Positions 42,334-53,128 of a DNA stretch of 63,768 nucleotides are shown piece by piece. The stretch's first letter is position 1. The number at the start of each line of letters is the position of its first letter. Source of the stretch: Gammaproteobacteria bacterium. Its GTDB lineage: Bacteria; Pseudomonadota; Gammaproteobacteria; GCA-001735895. The notes beneath the pieces are model-generated. The model was not told the DNA's origin. It made no database searches and worked only from the letters and a program-made list of their open reading frames with translations. The position numbers were made by a program, and so were the translations under genes. Location of the stretch: contig JBFFXR010000001.1 of NCBI GenBank assembly GCA_041569645.1, positions 1-63,768 on the forward strand. Direction: 5' to 3'.

Positions 42334-45300
42334 CCCGCTCGGAGTTTTCGCGCGTCACCGCGTCGCCGCCAATCTGCTAATGGCGATGATGCTGCTGGCC
42401 GGTGCGATCGCGCTGCAAAAACTCAACGTGCAGTTCTTCCCGAACTTCGAACTCGACCGGATCAGCGTTTCGACCGTCTGGAGCGGCGCCAGCGCCGAGG
42501 ACGTCGAGAGCGCGATCACAATCCCGCTGGAGCAGCGCCTGCGCAGCGTCGATCGGCTCAAGGAGATGACCTCGACCTCGGCCAGCGGGACGTCGGGCAT
42601 CACCCTCGAATTCGAGGAAGACAGCAACATGGTGTTCGCCCTCGAAGAAGTCAAGAAACAGGTCGACAATTTCACCAACCTGCCGGCCGACGCGGAGAAA
42701 CCCGAGGTCGCGCAGGCGGTGCGTTACGAGTCCGTCGCCCGACTGCTGATCAGCGGCACGACGCAGATCGACGAGATGCGCGGACTCGCACGCCAGTTCG
42801 AGCGCGAACTGATTGCCGCGGGCATCGACAAGGTCGACATCGTCGGCCTGCCCGAACGGCAGATCCAGATCGAACTCGCCGCCGAGCAACTGCAGCGCCT
42901 CGGCCTCGGTCTCGACGAGCTCGCGCGGCGGATCGACGCCGAGAGCCAGGACCTGCCCGCCGGGTTGATCGGCGAGGACGACGGCACGCGCGAAATCCGT
43001 GGTCAGAATCAGCGCCGTTCGCCGCAGGATTTCGCCGATCTCGCGATCATCACGTCGGCCGACGCGCGCGTACGTCTCGGCGACCTCGCGCGGGTCGAGC
43101 TGGCCGATCAGCCCGGCGCGACGACGATCAGCCGCGGCGGAAAAAACGCGGTCGTGCTCGTGCTTCGACGCAACGAAACCGGCGACTCGCTCGACGCCGC
43201 ACAAGTGCTGCAAACCTGGCTCGACGACGCGCGCCCCCGGCTGCCGCCGAACATCGAGATCGAGGTCTTCAACGAGCGCTGGCAGCTGATCAAGGATCGC
43301 ATCCTGCTGCTGGTCAAGAACGGCGCCGGTGGACTCGCGCTGCTGCTGGTAATTCTCTACCTGTTTTTGTCCGCGCGGGTCGCATTCTGGGTAGCGGTCG
43401 GCATTCCGGTGTCGTTCATGGCGACGCTCGCGGTGCTCTACCTCGCCGGCGGCTCGATCAACATGATCACGCTGTTCGCGCTGATCATGGCGCTCGGCAT
43501 CATCGTCGACGACGCGATCGTGGTCGGCGAGGACGCGCAGGCGCATTTCGACATGGGCGAAGACCCGCTGATGGCTTCCGAGGGCGGCGCGCGTCGAATG
43601 CTCGCGCCGGTGCTGGCGTCATCGCTGACGACCATCGCGGCCTTTTTGCCGCTGATGCTGATCGGCGGGCACATGGGCAATATCATGATGTCGATTCCGC
43701 TGGTCATCATCTGCGTCATCGTCGCGTCGCTGATCGAAAGCTTTCTGATCCTGCCCGGCCACCTGCGCCACGCCTTCGTTCGCGGCGGCCACTCCGAGAC
43801 ACGGTTGCGGCGCCGGCTCAATCGCGGCTTCGAGCGCCTGCGCGACGTTTACTTCCGTCGCCTGGTCACGCTCGCGATCGAGTTTCGCTGGACCACGCTG
43901 GCAACTGCGCTGGCGTTCCTGATCATCGCCGTGGGCCTGTTTTTCGGCGGCCGCACCGGCTGGCAATTCTTCCCGTCGCCCGAATCGACAACGGTTTACG
44001 CCAACGCCCGGTTCGTTTCCGGCACCAGCGAGGCGATCGTCGATCGCTTCATGGATCGGGTCGAGGCCGAGCTCGACAATGTCATCGCCGATCTTGACGA
44101 GACCGTCGTATCGACCTACTACCGGGTACACGGCTCGACCGTGGGCCGCGGTCGCGCGATCACCGGCGAGCGCGTCGGCGGCATCTACGTCGAGCTGGTG
44201 GGTTCCGATGCGCGCGCAACCGACAACCAGACTTTCATCGCTGACTGGCGGCGGCGTATCGACGTGCCGGCGGGTGTCGAGTCCTTTCAGATCACATCAC
44301 GGCGCGTCGGCCCGGCGCGACGCGACCTGAGCCTGCGCCTGACCGGCCCGTCGCCACAAACCCTCAAGGCCGCCGCGCTCGATCTCGCGCAAACCCTCGA
44401 AGCGATTCCCGGCGTCAACGCGATCGACGACGATCTTCCCTACGGACGCGAACAGTTGATTTATACGCTGACGCCGGCCGGCGAGGCACTCGGGCTGTCG
44501 ATCAGCGACATCGGCCGCCAGCTGCGCGCCGCCTACGACGGCATCGTCCTGCAGCGCTACCAGCAGGGCGCCGACGAAATCGAGGTTCGGCTGCAACTGC
44601 CCGATGCCGAGCAGCGCCGTCTCGACAGCCTGCCGAACCTGCCGATCCGCCTGCCCGACGGCCGCTTCGTGCCGCTGGAATCGGTTGCCGCGTGGCGTTC
44701 GGCGCAGGGCTTCGAGACGCTGCGCCACTTCAACGGCCAGCTGTCGGTCGACGTCAGCGCCGACGTGAACCCGGCGCTCAACAATATCGCCGATATCGTC
44801 GCCGATCTGGACGCGTCGACGCTGCCGTCGCTGGCGTCGCGACATGGCATCCAGTACAGCGTCGAGGGCCGCTCGGCGAGCCAGCGCGAAACCTTCGCCG
44901 ACATGCGCACCGGCGCGATGATCGCGCTGCTGCTGATGTATCTCGTCCTCGCCTGGGTATTTTCGTCCTACGGCTGGCCGCTCGTCGTGCTGCTGGCGGT
45001 GCCGCTCGGCTTCACCGGGGCGATCTTCGGCCACTGGCTGATGGACATGAACCTGACGATTCTGTCGGTATTCGGTTTGTTCGGCCTGTCCGGCATCGTC
45101 GTCAACGATTCGATCATTCTGGTGATTTTCTATCGCCAGTTGCTGGCACGGGGCGCAAGCGTGCGCGAGGCGCTCGTCGAAGCGGCCTGCCAGCGCCTGC
45201 GCGCGGTGCTGCTCACGTCGCTGACGACGATCGCGGGATTGACGCCACTGTTGTTCGAAACCTCGCGCCAGGCGCAGTTCCTGATTCCGATGGCGGTGTC

Positions 45301-45421
45301 GATCGCCTTCGGCCTGGCCTGGGCGACGATGTTGATCCTGCTCGTGATTCCGAGCCTGCTGTCGATCTACGAGGATGCGCGCGTCGCCTTGCAACGCGAT
45401 CCCGCGGTAACCGCGACCTGA
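42323..45421 (+). CDS. RND-family inner-membrane efflux transporter (AcrB/AcrD/AcrF family)
   Basis: 1032 aa with a 12-TM, two-large-loop architecture. The start overlaps the adaptor gene by 11 nt. Confidence 0.93.
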   Translation: MVNSPLGVFARHRVAANLLMAMMLLAGAIALQKLNVQFFPNFELDRISVSTVWSGASAEDVESAITIPLEQRLRSVDRLKEMTSTSASGTSGITLEFEEDSNMVFALEEVKKQVDNFTNLPADAEKPEVAQAVRYESVARLLISGTTQIDEMRGLARQFERELIAAGIDKVDIVGLPERQIQIELAAEQLQRLGLGLDELARRIDAESQDLPAGLIGEDDGTREIRGQNQRRSPQDFADLAIITSADARVRLGDLARVELADQPGATTISRGGKNAVVLVLRRNETGDSLDAAQVLQTWLDDARPRLPPNIEIEVFNERWQLIKDRILLLVKNGAGGLALLLVILYLFLSARVAFWVAVGIPVSFMATLAVLYLAGGSINMITLFALIMALGIIVDDAIVVGEDAQAHFDMGEDPLMASEGGARRMLAPVLASSLTTIAAFLPLMLIGGHMGNIMMSIPLVIICVIVASLIESFLILPGHLRHAFVRGGHSETRLRRRLNRGFERLRDVYFRRLVTLAIEFRWTTLATALAFLIIAVGLFFGGRTGWQFFPSPESTTVYANARFVSGTSEAIVDRFMDRVEAELDNVIADLDETVVSTYYRVHGSTVGRGRAITGERVGGIYVELVGSDARATDNQTFIADWRRRIDVPAGVESFQITSRRVGPARRDLSLRLTGPSPQTLKAAALDLAQTLEAIPGVNAIDDDLPYGREQLIYTLTPAGEALGLSISDIGRQLRAAYDGIVLQRYQQGADEIEVRLQLPDAEQRRLDSLPNLPIRLPDGRFVPLESVAAWRSAQGFETLRHFNGQLSVDVSADVNPALNNIADIVADLDASTLPSLASRHGIQYSVEGRSASQRETFADMRTGAMIALLLMYLVLAWVFSSYGWPLVVLLAVPLGFTGAIFGHWLMDMNLTILSVFGLFGLSGIVVNDSIILVIFYRQLLARGASVREALVEAACQRLRAVLLTSLTTIAGLTPLLFETSRQAQFLIPMAVSIAFGLAWATMLILLVIPSLLSIYEDARVALQRDPAVTAT

Positions 45422-45431
45422 ATAATCCTCC

Positions 45432-45469
45432 CGGCAGCCGCGGCGATCCGCCGCGCGCTCGAGCTGCCG
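45432..45469. terminator. GC-rich compound hairpin between the convergent RND and tldD genes
   Basis: The outer stem is CGGCAGC/GCTGCCG and the inner stem is CGCGGCG-ATC-CGCCGCG. There is no U-tract on either strand. Confidence 0.3.
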
Positions 45470-46912
45470 CTAGTCGGTGCCGCCGACGGTGATCTCGTCG
45501 ATTTTGAGCGTCGGCTGGCCGACGCCAACCGGCACACCCTGCCCTTCCTTGCCGCAGACGCCGACGCCCTGGTCGAGCTCCAGATCATTACCAACCATCG
45601 AAATCTTGCCCATGACCTCGGGCCCGGAGCCGATCAGCGTCGCGCCCTTGACCGGCGCGCCGAGCTGGCCGTTTTCGATCAGATAAGCTTCGGACAGCGA
45701 AAACACGAAGCGACCCGACGTGATGTCGACCTGGCCGCCGCCGAAGTTGACCGCGTAGAGGCCTTTGTCGACCGAGCGGATAATTTCCTCCGGTTCGCTT
45801 TCGCCGGGCAGCATGTAGGTGTTGGTCATGCGCGGCATCGGCAGGTGGGCGAAGGATTCACGCCGGCCGTTGGACGTCGGCCGCATGCCCATCAGACGCG
45901 CATTGAGCTTGTCCTGCATGTAGCCTACGAGAACGCCGTTTTCGATCAGCGTCGTGCACTCGGCCGGGACGCCCTCGTCGTCGACGCTCAGCGAGCCGCG
46001 CCGGTCCGGCAGCGTGCCGTCGTCGACCACCGTGCACAGCGGCGACGCAACCAGCTCGCCCATGCGATTCGAGAAAGCCGACGTCCCCTTGCGATTGAAA
46101 TCGCCCTCGAGACCGTGGCCGACCGCCTCGTGCAACAGCACGCCCGGCCAGCCCGGCCCGAGTACGACCTGCATGCTGCCGGCCGGCGTCGGCACCGAAC
46201 CGAGATTGACACTCGCCTGGCGGACCGCTTCGCGCGCGATTTCGTAGGCGCGATCGGTATCGAAAAAAACATCGTAGGAATGACGCCCGCCGCCGCCGGC
46301 GCCGCCCTGCTCGCGGCGGTCGCCGTCGCGCATCAGTACGGTGACATTGAGCCGCACCAGCGGCCGCACGTCGGCCGCCAGCGTCTCGTCGATCGCCGCG
46401 ACGAGCACGTGATCGACGCCTCCTGACAGCGAAATGATGACCTGCTCGATACGCTCGTCGAGGCTGCGAGTATAGACGTCGAGCTGCTTGAGCAGGTCGA
46501 CCTTGGCCTGCGCGCTGCGGCCGTCGACGGGATTGTCGGCGGCGTAGAGCGCCTTTGCGGGTCGATTGACGAGCCTGATCGCGGCCGACCCCGACTGTCC
46601 CTGCCTGACGATCGCGCGGGCGTTGCTGACCGCCTGGGTTATCGCGTTGCCGGCGAGCTCGTCGCAGTAGGCGAAACCGGTTTTCTCGCCCGCCATCGCG
46701 CGGATACCGACGCCCTGCTCGATGTTGAAACTGCCCTCTCGAAGGATGCCGTCGTCGAGCACCCAGGATTCCTGCTGACTCATCTGGAAATACAGGTCGC
46801 CGGCGTCGATTTGCGTGCTTTGCAGGCTGCCGAGATAGCGATCCAGCCCGGCGACGTCGAGATCGCTGGGTTCGAGAATTTTTCGGCTTACGGTTTCGAG
46901 TGCTGTTGCCAT
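45470..46912 (-). CDS. tldD: metalloprotease TldD
   Basis: 480 aa with [11 protein letters not shown] and a full-length TldD pattern, downstream of yhdP as in E. coli. Confidence 0.95.
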   Translation of the reverse strand: MATALETVSRKILEPSDLDVAGLDRYLGSLQSTQIDAGDLYFQMSQQESWVLDDGILREGSFNIEQGVGIRAMAGEKTGFAYCDELAGNAITQAVSNARAIVRQGQSGSAAIRLVNRPAKALYAADNPVDGRSAQAKVDLLKQLDVYTRSLDERIEQVIISLSGGVDHVLVAAIDETLAADVRPLVRLNVTVLMRDGDRREQGGAGGGGRHSYDVFFDTDRAYEIAREAVRQASVNLGSVPTPAGSMQVVLGPGWPGVLLHEAVGHGLEGDFNRKGTSAFSNRMGELVASPLCTVVDDGTLPDRRGSLSVDDEGVPAECTTLIENGVLVGYMQDKLNARLMGMRPTSNGRRESFAHLPMPRMTNTYMLPGESEPEEIIRSVDKGLYAVNFGGGQVDITSGRFVFSLSEAYLIENGQLGAPVKGATLIGSGPEVMGKISMVGNDLELDQGVGVCGKEGQGVPVGVGQPTLKIDEITVGGTD

Positions 46913-46915
46913 GCC

Positions 46916-47296
46916 TTATTGCTCCAGTTCGCCGCGGTTTCCGACCACGAGCGTGATTTCGTCGGCGTCACCGCTGCCGGCGCGCAAGCCGATTGCGTCG
47001 GCGGGCACGCCGAGCGATATCAACCAGTCGCGCAGTTCTGCGGCCCACAATACGCCGCTATCTTCGCCCGGGTGGCGAATCACGATCATCGCGTCGGCTC
47101 CGAGCTCCCAGTAACGCACCGCCGATCGGACTGCTTCGAGCTGCGGAATTACCGCGCCGCTGCGCGGCCGGGCCCACTCCTCGGCCGACAGCGAGAACAG
47201 CCGCAGGCTGCTCGCATCGAGCGCCGGCGCGAGCGCGAGCAGTATTGCCGCGGCCAGGCTAGCGTTTGTCGGCCGGAAGTTCTTGCTGATTTTCAT
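46916..47296 (-). CDS. hypothetical small secreted protein
   Basis: Signal-peptide-like N-terminus (ASLAAAILLALAPALDA). The stop lies 3 nt before the tldD start, and the start overlaps the yhdP 3' end by 38 nt. I recognised no family. Confidence 0.5.
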   Translation of the reverse strand: MKISKNFRPTNASLAAAILLALAPALDASSLRLFSLSAEEWARPRSGAVIPQLEAVRSAVRYWELGADAMIVIRHPGEDSGVLWAAELRDWLISLGVPADAIGLRAGSGDADEITLVVGNRGELEQ

Positions 47297-50200
47297 CGAC
47301 TGCCTTGATCAATTCAATTTTCGGGTCGTCCCAGCTGCCGCTGATCCGGTACTCGACCTCGACGGCCTTGTCGATGGTCTTCTTGAACAGGTTTTGCAGC
47401 AGCAGCAAACCCCAGCCCACCGAACTGCCGGCGGAAACCGCGCCGATTACCGGCAGGGTTTGCCGGATACTGGGCGTTACCCGGATTACCTGGTCATAGC
47501 TCCGATCGACAATCCCGGTCGTGCCAGAAATCCGGATCGTCGCCGACGGCCCCTCGAGCTTGGTATCGGCAGTATGCAGCCGGCCGTCCTCGAGATGATA
47601 GGTGCCGGCGATTCTATCAAACTCCATGCCCTTGATCAGCACATCGCTGAAATCCAGTGACAGTCGCCGTGGCAACGCGCTCAGGCTGAGCAGCCCGACG
47701 AAGCGGCCGCTGCCGGGTTCGACATTGTTCAACACGCCGTCGCGAATCTCCAGGCTGGCATCGCCGACGAGGTTTTCGAGGCTGAAGCCGAGCGCCGGCG
47801 CGGGCCAGGTGAAGCCGCCCTCGAGCTCGACCTCGCCGCCGCGGATACTGTCGCCGAAGCCGAGACCGGAGAGCGCCTGGCCGAGATTTTCGCCGGCCAT
47901 CTTGAGCGCCAGCGAACTCTCGTGACTGCGGTCGGATTCGCGATACTGCCATTTGCCGCTGGCTTGCAACTCGACCTGGTCACGGCGCATGTCGAGGCGA
48001 TCGATGAGCAAGGCCTCGTCGACCACGCGGACGTCGATTGCCACGTCATTGAGCAGCATGTCGTGATAAACCAGTGCGGCGCAGCGCAGCCTGAAATCGG
48101 GAAAATGCGTCGGCAACAGCGCGCCGTAGTCGGTATCGCGCTCGAGCTTGTCGAGGCGAAGATATTCGAGGTCGATCTCGACCGGCTTTTCCTCCGCCGC
48201 CTGGAAGCGGCCGTCGAGCAGATCCGATTCGATCGAGCCGACGAACCCGACATCGGTTTGTTCGAGTTCGAGACTGACCATTTGCAGCCGACGAGTGTAA
48301 ACCTGCAGATCGTCGATACGGAGTTCGACCGACTGAAGCAGCGCCGGATTGACGCCTTCGGCGGCCTTGTAGAGCCCGGCCCATTCCTCGAGCGAAACCC
48401 GCTCGATTCGACCGTAGAGATTCAGGCCCGGCGTCGGATTGGCACGCAAGGCCTGGCCGAATGCGACGTCGAGACTTTCGAGCCGCTGCGCGGGGCCGCG
48501 GGCGATACGGCCGCGCGCCTGGATTGCATCGCCATAACGCGCATCGAGGCTGATATGGTCTGAAAAGAATTCCAGGTCCAGCGCGATACGTTGCGCGCCT
48601 GAGGCCGGCTTGGCAAAGGGCTCGGGGAAATCGAGCGAGGTACCCAGCAGATTACTCGCCGCGCTGATGCTCAATTGCGGTGTAGTGCCGCTGCCGGCGA
48701 TGCCGATGCGCAGCTGCCAGTCGCTCTTGCCCGCGACCCGCGCGCGCAGGCGCTCCGGCAGCGGCCACGCCAGCCGCCGGCCGTCGAGCCGGCCGTTCGC
48801 GCTGATCAGCGTGCGTGGCGAGTCCGCATCGGGCGCGACGACGATGTCGACCGGCTCACCGAACAGACGCCCGCCGAGTCCGTCGGAACGAACTTCCCTG
48901 CCGGTGACGACCAGACTTCCGCCGACGTCATCGAGTTCGAGCCCCCAGTCCGGCGCGCGCGCGCTCAGCTTCTCGAGCTCGATCGCGACCCGGCTGTCGG
49001 CCGATGCCGGCGTCTTGAGCGGGATGCCCAGCGTGACCGCGGTGCGAGTGCGGCCGCCGATCGTGTCGACGGCGGCCAGCGGCTCGCGATAATCCTCGCC
49101 GACCGGCGTCGCCAGCCAGACCGCGACCGCGTCGGCGGCATCCGCGTCGGCGCGCGCGTCGACCTCGACGAACGCGGACCTGAAATCGGCGATGGCGATT
49201 CGCGCGCTGGCCTCCGCAATGCGATCGAATCCGACGCGGTCGAGCTCGATCGTCATGCCCAGGTTATGGAACAGCCCGCGCCCGGTACCGTTACGCGCGT
49301 GTTGCCAGCCGGGCGCGAACATTACCTCGGCGTCCTCGATGTCGAAATCGACGAAGAATTCGCCGGCGCCGGCAGCGGCGAGATGCTCGATCCGACGCAG
49401 GCGGCCGTGGAACTGCAGGTCACCACGCGGGATCCGGCCCGCGCGAATGCCGCGATCGAGCCAGGCGACGGTCTTTGCCGGCATGATTCCGACCGGCAGG
49501 TAACGGCCGTGGTTTTCGGCGTTGCGGCCGCTGAAATTCGCGCGCAGGTACATGAACGGACGCTGTTCCGCCTCGGCTTCGAGCCACAGGCGCCCGTCGA
49601 CGTCGAGGTCGGCATTGCCGGCGCGTGCATTGCGGACCTCGAGTAAAAATCCGTCGTTGCGAAACTGCAGACTGGCCTCGGCCTGCAGGTGATCGAGTTC
49701 GAGCGGCGCGCGCAACAGGTCGCCGAAATCGAGCCGCAGTTGCCGGCCATCGAGTTCGGCGCCAAGCTTGTCGTCGCCATACAGGATTCGCGCGTTCAGA
49801 TTGCGCACGCCCGGCAAACGCGCCAGGGCTTCGCTTTCGAGGTTGCGCACGGCGCCGCCGAGCTTGACCTGCCGCGGCCGCGCGGGGTCCAGGATCATGA
49901 CGAAATTCTCGATCAGGCCGCTGAACCTGCCCCGCTCGACGTGGCCGCCGATATCGGTCGGCACGAATTGCGGCAGCACGGTGGCGAGATCGTCGAGCTC
50001 GACGCGTTCGACCCAGGCCAGCAGACGCTTGCCGTAGTCGCCACGCGCGAGCCGCATTTCGGCACGAAACCGCGGCACCCGCTTGCCGTCGATGCTCATC
50101 CGCTCGAAACGGTTGCTGATGCGCCAGCCGGACTCGCGATTGACCGCGTTGAAACGGGCATGGTAGCTTACCGGCAGCGCGCGTTTTTCCGGCGTCATTT

Positions 50201-51023
50201 GCAGCACGCCATTCTTGAGTACGATGTTGCCGTTTATCGCGCGCGCGCGGCGGCCGTCGACATTGAACCAGAGTTCGCCGTCGAGGGCGCCTTCCCGAAG
50301 ACCCCAGGTATCGATATCGAACAAATCCGCGACCGGTCGGGTCTGCAGATCCGACGTGTTGACATAGAGCAGGCTGTTTTCGCGAGACAGCACCGACTTG
50401 ATCAGGATTCCGCGACCGAGCTGCGGCGGCAAGGCCGCGCTGACCTGCGCCAGGTATTGATCGCCGCGACGGTCGATGTAAGCCCTGACCCGCTCGAGCG
50501 TGTGTTCGGCGTCGCGCCGCCGATCACGAATCACGAGCCGGCGTAAATCGATCTTCAGGTAGCGCGGCACCAGCGCGAGGCGGCCGGTCAAATCGCGAAT
50601 CGTTGCGCCGTCGCCGTCGGCGGTGAGCGCGAGCTCGTCGAGCCACCAGCGGCCGTCGACATCGCGCGTCAATTCGAGTTTCTCCAGGGTGCTGGTGATT
50701 TCTCGCGCGACCGGCGCCCCGGCGCGCAGGCTGGCCCAGAAATCGAACTCGACGGCGAGACGATCAATGAAAACCGGCTGCGTACGATCCGGCAGTGTCA
50801 GCGTCAGGTTGTCGATCCGTATTATCGGGTTGAACCGGTTCATGTCGCCGGCCAGGCCGCCAAATGTGATCCCCTGGCTGATGTCCTCGGTCAACAGGTA
50901 CTCGATTTCCGACTTGAAATACTCGATGTTGATCATCGCCAGCCGCAGCGCCCATAGCGCCAGCGCGAGCAATATGATCGCGGCAGCCAACAGGCCAAGG
51001 GTAATTCGTTTGAACGCCTGCAT
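47259..51023 (-). CDS. yhdP: YhdP-family (AsmA-like) envelope lipid-transport protein
   Basis: 1254 aa with an N-terminal TM anchor and a C-terminal YRISGSWDDPKIELIK motif. It sits in the rng-yhdP-tldD order. Confidence 0.9.
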   Translation of the reverse strand: MQAFKRITLGLLAAAIILLALALWALRLAMINIEYFKSEIEYLLTEDISQGITFGGLAGDMNRFNPIIRIDNLTLTLPDRTQPVFIDRLAVEFDFWASLRAGAPVAREITSTLEKLELTRDVDGRWWLDELALTADGDGATIRDLTGRLALVPRYLKIDLRRLVIRDRRRDAEHTLERVRAYIDRRGDQYLAQVSAALPPQLGRGILIKSVLSRENSLLYVNTSDLQTRPVADLFDIDTWGLREGALDGELWFNVDGRRARAINGNIVLKNGVLQMTPEKRALPVSYHARFNAVNRESGWRISNRFERMSIDGKRVPRFRAEMRLARGDYGKRLLAWVERVELDDLATVLPQFVPTDIGGHVERGRFSGLIENFVMILDPARPRQVKLGGAVRNLESEALARLPGVRNLNARILYGDDKLGAELDGRQLRLDFGDLLRAPLELDHLQAEASLQFRNDGFLLEVRNARAGNADLDVDGRLWLEAEAEQRPFMYLRANFSGRNAENHGRYLPVGIMPAKTVAWLDRGIRAGRIPRGDLQFHGRLRRIEHLAAAGAGEFFVDFDIEDAEVMFAPGWQHARNGTGRGLFHNLGMTIELDRVGFDRIAEASARIAIADFRSAFVEVDARADADAADAVAVWLATPVGEDYREPLAAVDTIGGRTRTAVTLGIPLKTPASADSRVAIELEKLSARAPDWGLELDDVGGSLVVTGREVRSDGLGGRLFGEPVDIVVAPDADSPRTLISANGRLDGRRLAWPLPERLRARVAGKSDWQLRIGIAGSGTTPQLSISAASNLLGTSLDFPEPFAKPASGAQRIALDLEFFSDHISLDARYGDAIQARGRIARGPAQRLESLDVAFGQALRANPTPGLNLYGRIERVSLEEWAGLYKAAEGVNPALLQSVELRIDDLQVYTRRLQMVSLELEQTDVGFVGSIESDLLDGRFQAAEEKPVEIDLEYLRLDKLERDTDYGALLPTHFPDFRLRCAALVYHDMLLNDVAIDVRVVDEALLIDRLDMRRDQVELQASGKWQYRESDRSHESSLALKMAGENLGQALSGLGFGDSIRGGEVELEGGFTWPAPALGFSLENLVGDASLEIRDGVLNNVEPGSGRFVGLLSLSALPRRLSLDFSDVLIKGMEFDRIAGTYHLEDGRLHTADTKLEGPSATIRISGTTGIVDRSYDQVIRVTPSIRQTLPVIGAVSAGSSVGWGLLLLQNLFKKTIDKAVEVEYRISGSWDDPKIELIKAVDENQQELPADKR

Positions 51024-51041
51024 TTCGGTTGCGGCTCGCGC

Positions 51042-52517
51042 CTACATCGGCACCACGTCGTAGGATTCCTGGCTAAAGTGCGTTTCCACCTGTAGTTTGA
51101 CCGGAATACCGATAAAGGTTTCCAGTTCGGCGAGGCTCGCCGCCTCCTCGTCGAGCAGGCGATCGATGACGTCCTGGTTGGCCATGACCAGCAATTGCTG
51201 GGCCTCGTCATAGAGCCTGGCCTCGCGCAGGATCTCGCGGAATATCTCGTAACAAACGGTCTCGGTCGTCTTGACCGAGCCGCGGCCATGGCAGACGTTG
51301 CAGGGCTCGCACAGTACGTGCTCGAGGCTTTCGCGGGTGCGCTTGCGGGTCATCTCGACCAGCCCCAGCGGCGAAACTTCGCATACCTGGGTTTTGGCGT
51401 GATCCTTGTCGAGTTGTTTTTCCAGCGATTTGAGCACCTGGCGCTTGTGATCGTCGTGCTCCATATCGATGAAGTCGATGATGATGATGCCGCCGAGGTT
51501 CCGCAATCGCAGCTGCCGCGCGATCGCCTGCGCGGCTTCCATATTGGTGCGAAAAATGGTCTCCTCGAGATTCTGATGCCCGACGAAGGCGCCGGTATTG
51601 ATATCGATTGTCGTCATCGCCTCGGTCTGGTCGATGATCAGGTAGCCGCCGGACTTCAGGCTGACCTGGCGGGCGAGCGCACGCTCCAGTTCGTCATCGA
51701 TATTGTAGAGGTCGAACAGCGGCCGTTCGCCGGGATAGTGCTCGATCTTGGCCGGTAGGTCCGGGATGTAGCGCAGCGCGAAATTCACCATTTTCTGATA
51801 AGTCTCGCGCGAATCGACCTTGACGGCGCTGGTATCGGCGCCGACCATGTCGCGCAGTGTGCGAATCGACAGCGGCAAGTCCTCGTGGATCATCGTACCC
51901 GGCTCGACCTCGCTGGCATAGGCCAGGATCGAGCCCCACAGCTTGGACAGGAAGTTGATATCGCGCTTGAGTTCCTGTTCGTCGACGCCCTCGGCCGCGG
52001 TGCGAATGATGCAACCGCCCAGCTCGTTTTCGGCGCGGCAGGCCTCGAGCAGGCTGCGCAGCCGCTCGCGTTCGGTTTCGTCCTCGATCTTGACCGAGAT
52101 CCCGACGATCTGCGAGTTGGGCATATAGACGAGATAGCGCGACGGCACCGAGATGCTGGTTGTCAGGCGCGCCCCCTTGGTGCCCATCGGATCCTTGACG
52201 ACCTGCACCAGAACGGTCTGGCCGTCGCGCAGCAGCTCGCCGATTACCGGCCGGTTGTTGGCCTCCTCGTCGTCGCCGCCCCCGCCGACATCGATGTCGG
52301 AGACGTGCAGAAATCCGGCCTTGTCGAGACCGATATCGACGAACGCGGCTTCCATGCCGGGCAGCACGCGGTTGACCTTGCCCTTGTAGATATTGCCGAC
52401 GATGCCGCGACTGCGCTCGCGCTCGATCGAGACTTCCTGCAGCGCGCCGTTTTCGACGATCGCGACGCGGGTTTCCTGCGGCGTGATGTTTAACAGTATT
52501 TCTTCGTTGATCGTCAT
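51042..52517 (-). CDS. rng: ribonuclease G
   Basis: ATG at 52517 (MTINEEILLNITPQETRVAIVENG...), 491 aa, with an S1 domain and an RNase E/G catalytic core. The track ORF's upstream extension overlaps maf. Confidence 0.94.
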   Translation of the reverse strand: MTINEEILLNITPQETRVAIVENGALQEVSIERERSRGIVGNIYKGKVNRVLPGMEAAFVDIGLDKAGFLHVSDIDVGGGGDDEEANNRPVIGELLRDGQTVLVQVVKDPMGTKGARLTTSISVPSRYLVYMPNSQIVGISVKIEDETERERLRSLLEACRAENELGGCIIRTAAEGVDEQELKRDINFLSKLWGSILAYASEVEPGTMIHEDLPLSIRTLRDMVGADTSAVKVDSRETYQKMVNFALRYIPDLPAKIEHYPGERPLFDLYNIDDELERALARQVSLKSGGYLIIDQTEAMTTIDINTGAFVGHQNLEETIFRTNMEAAQAIARQLRLRNLGGIIIIDFIDMEHDDHKRQVLKSLEKQLDKDHAKTQVCEVSPLGLVEMTRKRTRESLEHVLCEPCNVCHGRGSVKTTETVCYEIFREILREARLYDEAQQLLVMANQDVIDRLLDEEAASLAELETFIGIPVKLQVETHFSQESYDVVPM

Positions 52518-52519
52518 GT

Positions 52520-53095
52520 TTAAAGCAACTCGATGCCGGCTTCGCGCAGCAGCTCCGCGGTTTCGAACAGCGGCAATCCCATGACCGCCGAATAGCTGCC
52601 CTCGAGACGGCGCACGAAGCACGCGGCCTTGCCCTGTATCGCGTAGGCGCCGGCCTTGTCCCGCGGCTCCTCGGACCCGCAATAAGCTTCGATTTCACGG
52701 CTATCGAGCGGCCGGAAGCTGACCCGGTTTTCCGCCAGGCGCAGTTCGATCCCGGCCTCGCTGGCCAGCGCGACCGCCGACAGTACCCGATGTTCGCGGC
52801 CGGAAAGTCGGGCGAGAATCCGGCAGCATCCGGCGGGATCGGCGGGTTTGCCGATGATATCACCGTCGAGCGCGATCGTCGTATCGGCGCCGAGAACGAG
52901 ACCCGGGGCGTCGCGCGCGGCGAGCTCCGCGGCAGCCTGTGCGGCCTTGTCACGGGCGACTCGGCAAACGTATTCATCGGGTAATTCGCCGGGCAGCCGG
53001 GACTCGTCGACGTCGACCGGGAATACCTCGAATTTCACGCCGATCTGGCGCAGCAACTCGGCGCGGCGAGGGGAACGCGAGGCGAGATAGATCAT
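52520..53095 (-). CDS. maf: Maf-family nucleoside-triphosphate pyrophosphatase
   Basis: MIYLASRSPRRAELLRQIG...; 191 aa. Confidence 0.93.
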   Translation of the reverse strand: MIYLASRSPRRAELLRQIGVKFEVFPVDVDESRLPGELPDEYVCRVARDKAAQAAAELAARDAPGLVLGADTTIALDGDIIGKPADPAGCCRILARLSGREHRVLSAVALASEAGIELRLAENRVSFRPLDSREIEAYCGSEEPRDKAGAYAIQGKAACFVRRLEGSYSAVMGLPLFETAELLREAGIELL

Positions 53096-53128
53096 GAATG
53101 GATAATAGCCAAAATCCCTGCTCGCCGC

